Source of the DNA: a virus
Lineage: Duplodnaviria > Caudoviricetes
Reading direction: 5' to 3' (one strand)
DNA length: 64,000 nucleotides
IMG/VR virus record: IMGVR_UViG_3300046694_000619
Position 1 is the first letter of the stretch. The number at the start of each line of letters is the position of its first letter. The notes beneath the pieces are model-generated. The model worked only from the letters and a program-made list of their open reading frames with translations, did no database searches and had not been told where the DNA came from. Position numbers and translations under genes: made by a program. Positions 63,777-64,000 of this stretch are shown in pieces.

Positions 63777-64000
63777 TCAAAGGTCCACTTCAACAAGGGC
63801 CCAGTCTGCATCAGCGTAGGCTGCGCTGCCGCGCAGTTCATTCAGGGTCGACGCCGAGAATACCGGGCGGCGACCGGTCTCGACCAGCGTGGCCACGTGG
63901 AGTTTGATGGCTTGCCGAACGTTGGTGAGCGCTTCTTCGAGACTATCGCCGGCGGAGTGGCAGCCCGGAATATCCGGGACGCTAACACCATAAGCGCTAC
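63777..64000 (-). CDS. HicB-like antitoxin (5' end outside the window)
   Basis: Own translation: SAYGVSVPDIPGCHSAGDSLEEAL.N.R.AI.LH...WALVEVDL*. Confidence 0.85.
   Translation of the reverse strand, partial: SAYGVSVPDIPGCHSAGDSLEEALTNVRQAIKLHVATLVETGRRPVFSASTLNELRGSAAYADADWALVEVDL

Overview
This is a GC-rich (roughly 60%+ by eye), gene-dense window of a betaproteobacterial, probably Burkholderiaceae-type, accessory replicon. It looks like a phage-like megaplasmid; no virion, replication, transposase, integrase, rRNA, tRNA or CRISPR genes were recognised. Most ORFs are short hypotheticals with their own promoter and terminator. Recognisable cargo includes: a Lon-type AAA+ ATPase with an ERCC4 nuclease, an M23 peptidase, LysE, a four-domain SLOG/macro-like/NADAR-like/DUF4326 protein, a MazG-like enzyme with a dNMP kinase, HU, an ArdC-like protein, an SLT transglycosylase, a Tri1-like ADP-ribosylhydrolase, an RNA ligase, RNase HI, an outer-membrane barrel, Bfd, a LexA-boxed imuA-imuB-dnaE2 cassette, Ku with a short LigD, a frameshifted HAD nucleotidase, a PD-(D/E)xK nuclease, three Ig-repeat adhesins, GGCT and HicB. 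Five things stand out. (1) A minus-strand cluster encodes a J-domain pseudokinase, a vWA protein, a promoter-driven structured RNA, a helical+TerD protein and a PurA paralogue with rewired substrate loops. (2) A circularly permuted two-piece tmRNA with tag ANDESYLMVA has its own SmpB 4.3 kb away. (3) A CTATAC motif recurs on the sense strand, usually 25-45 nt upstream of many genes. (4) An unannotated ~125-nt sRNA carries anti-Shine-Dalgarno seeds that match neighbouring genes. (5) The adhesins share a chassis but carry different tip domains. All family calls come from motif recognition by eye; no searches were run.
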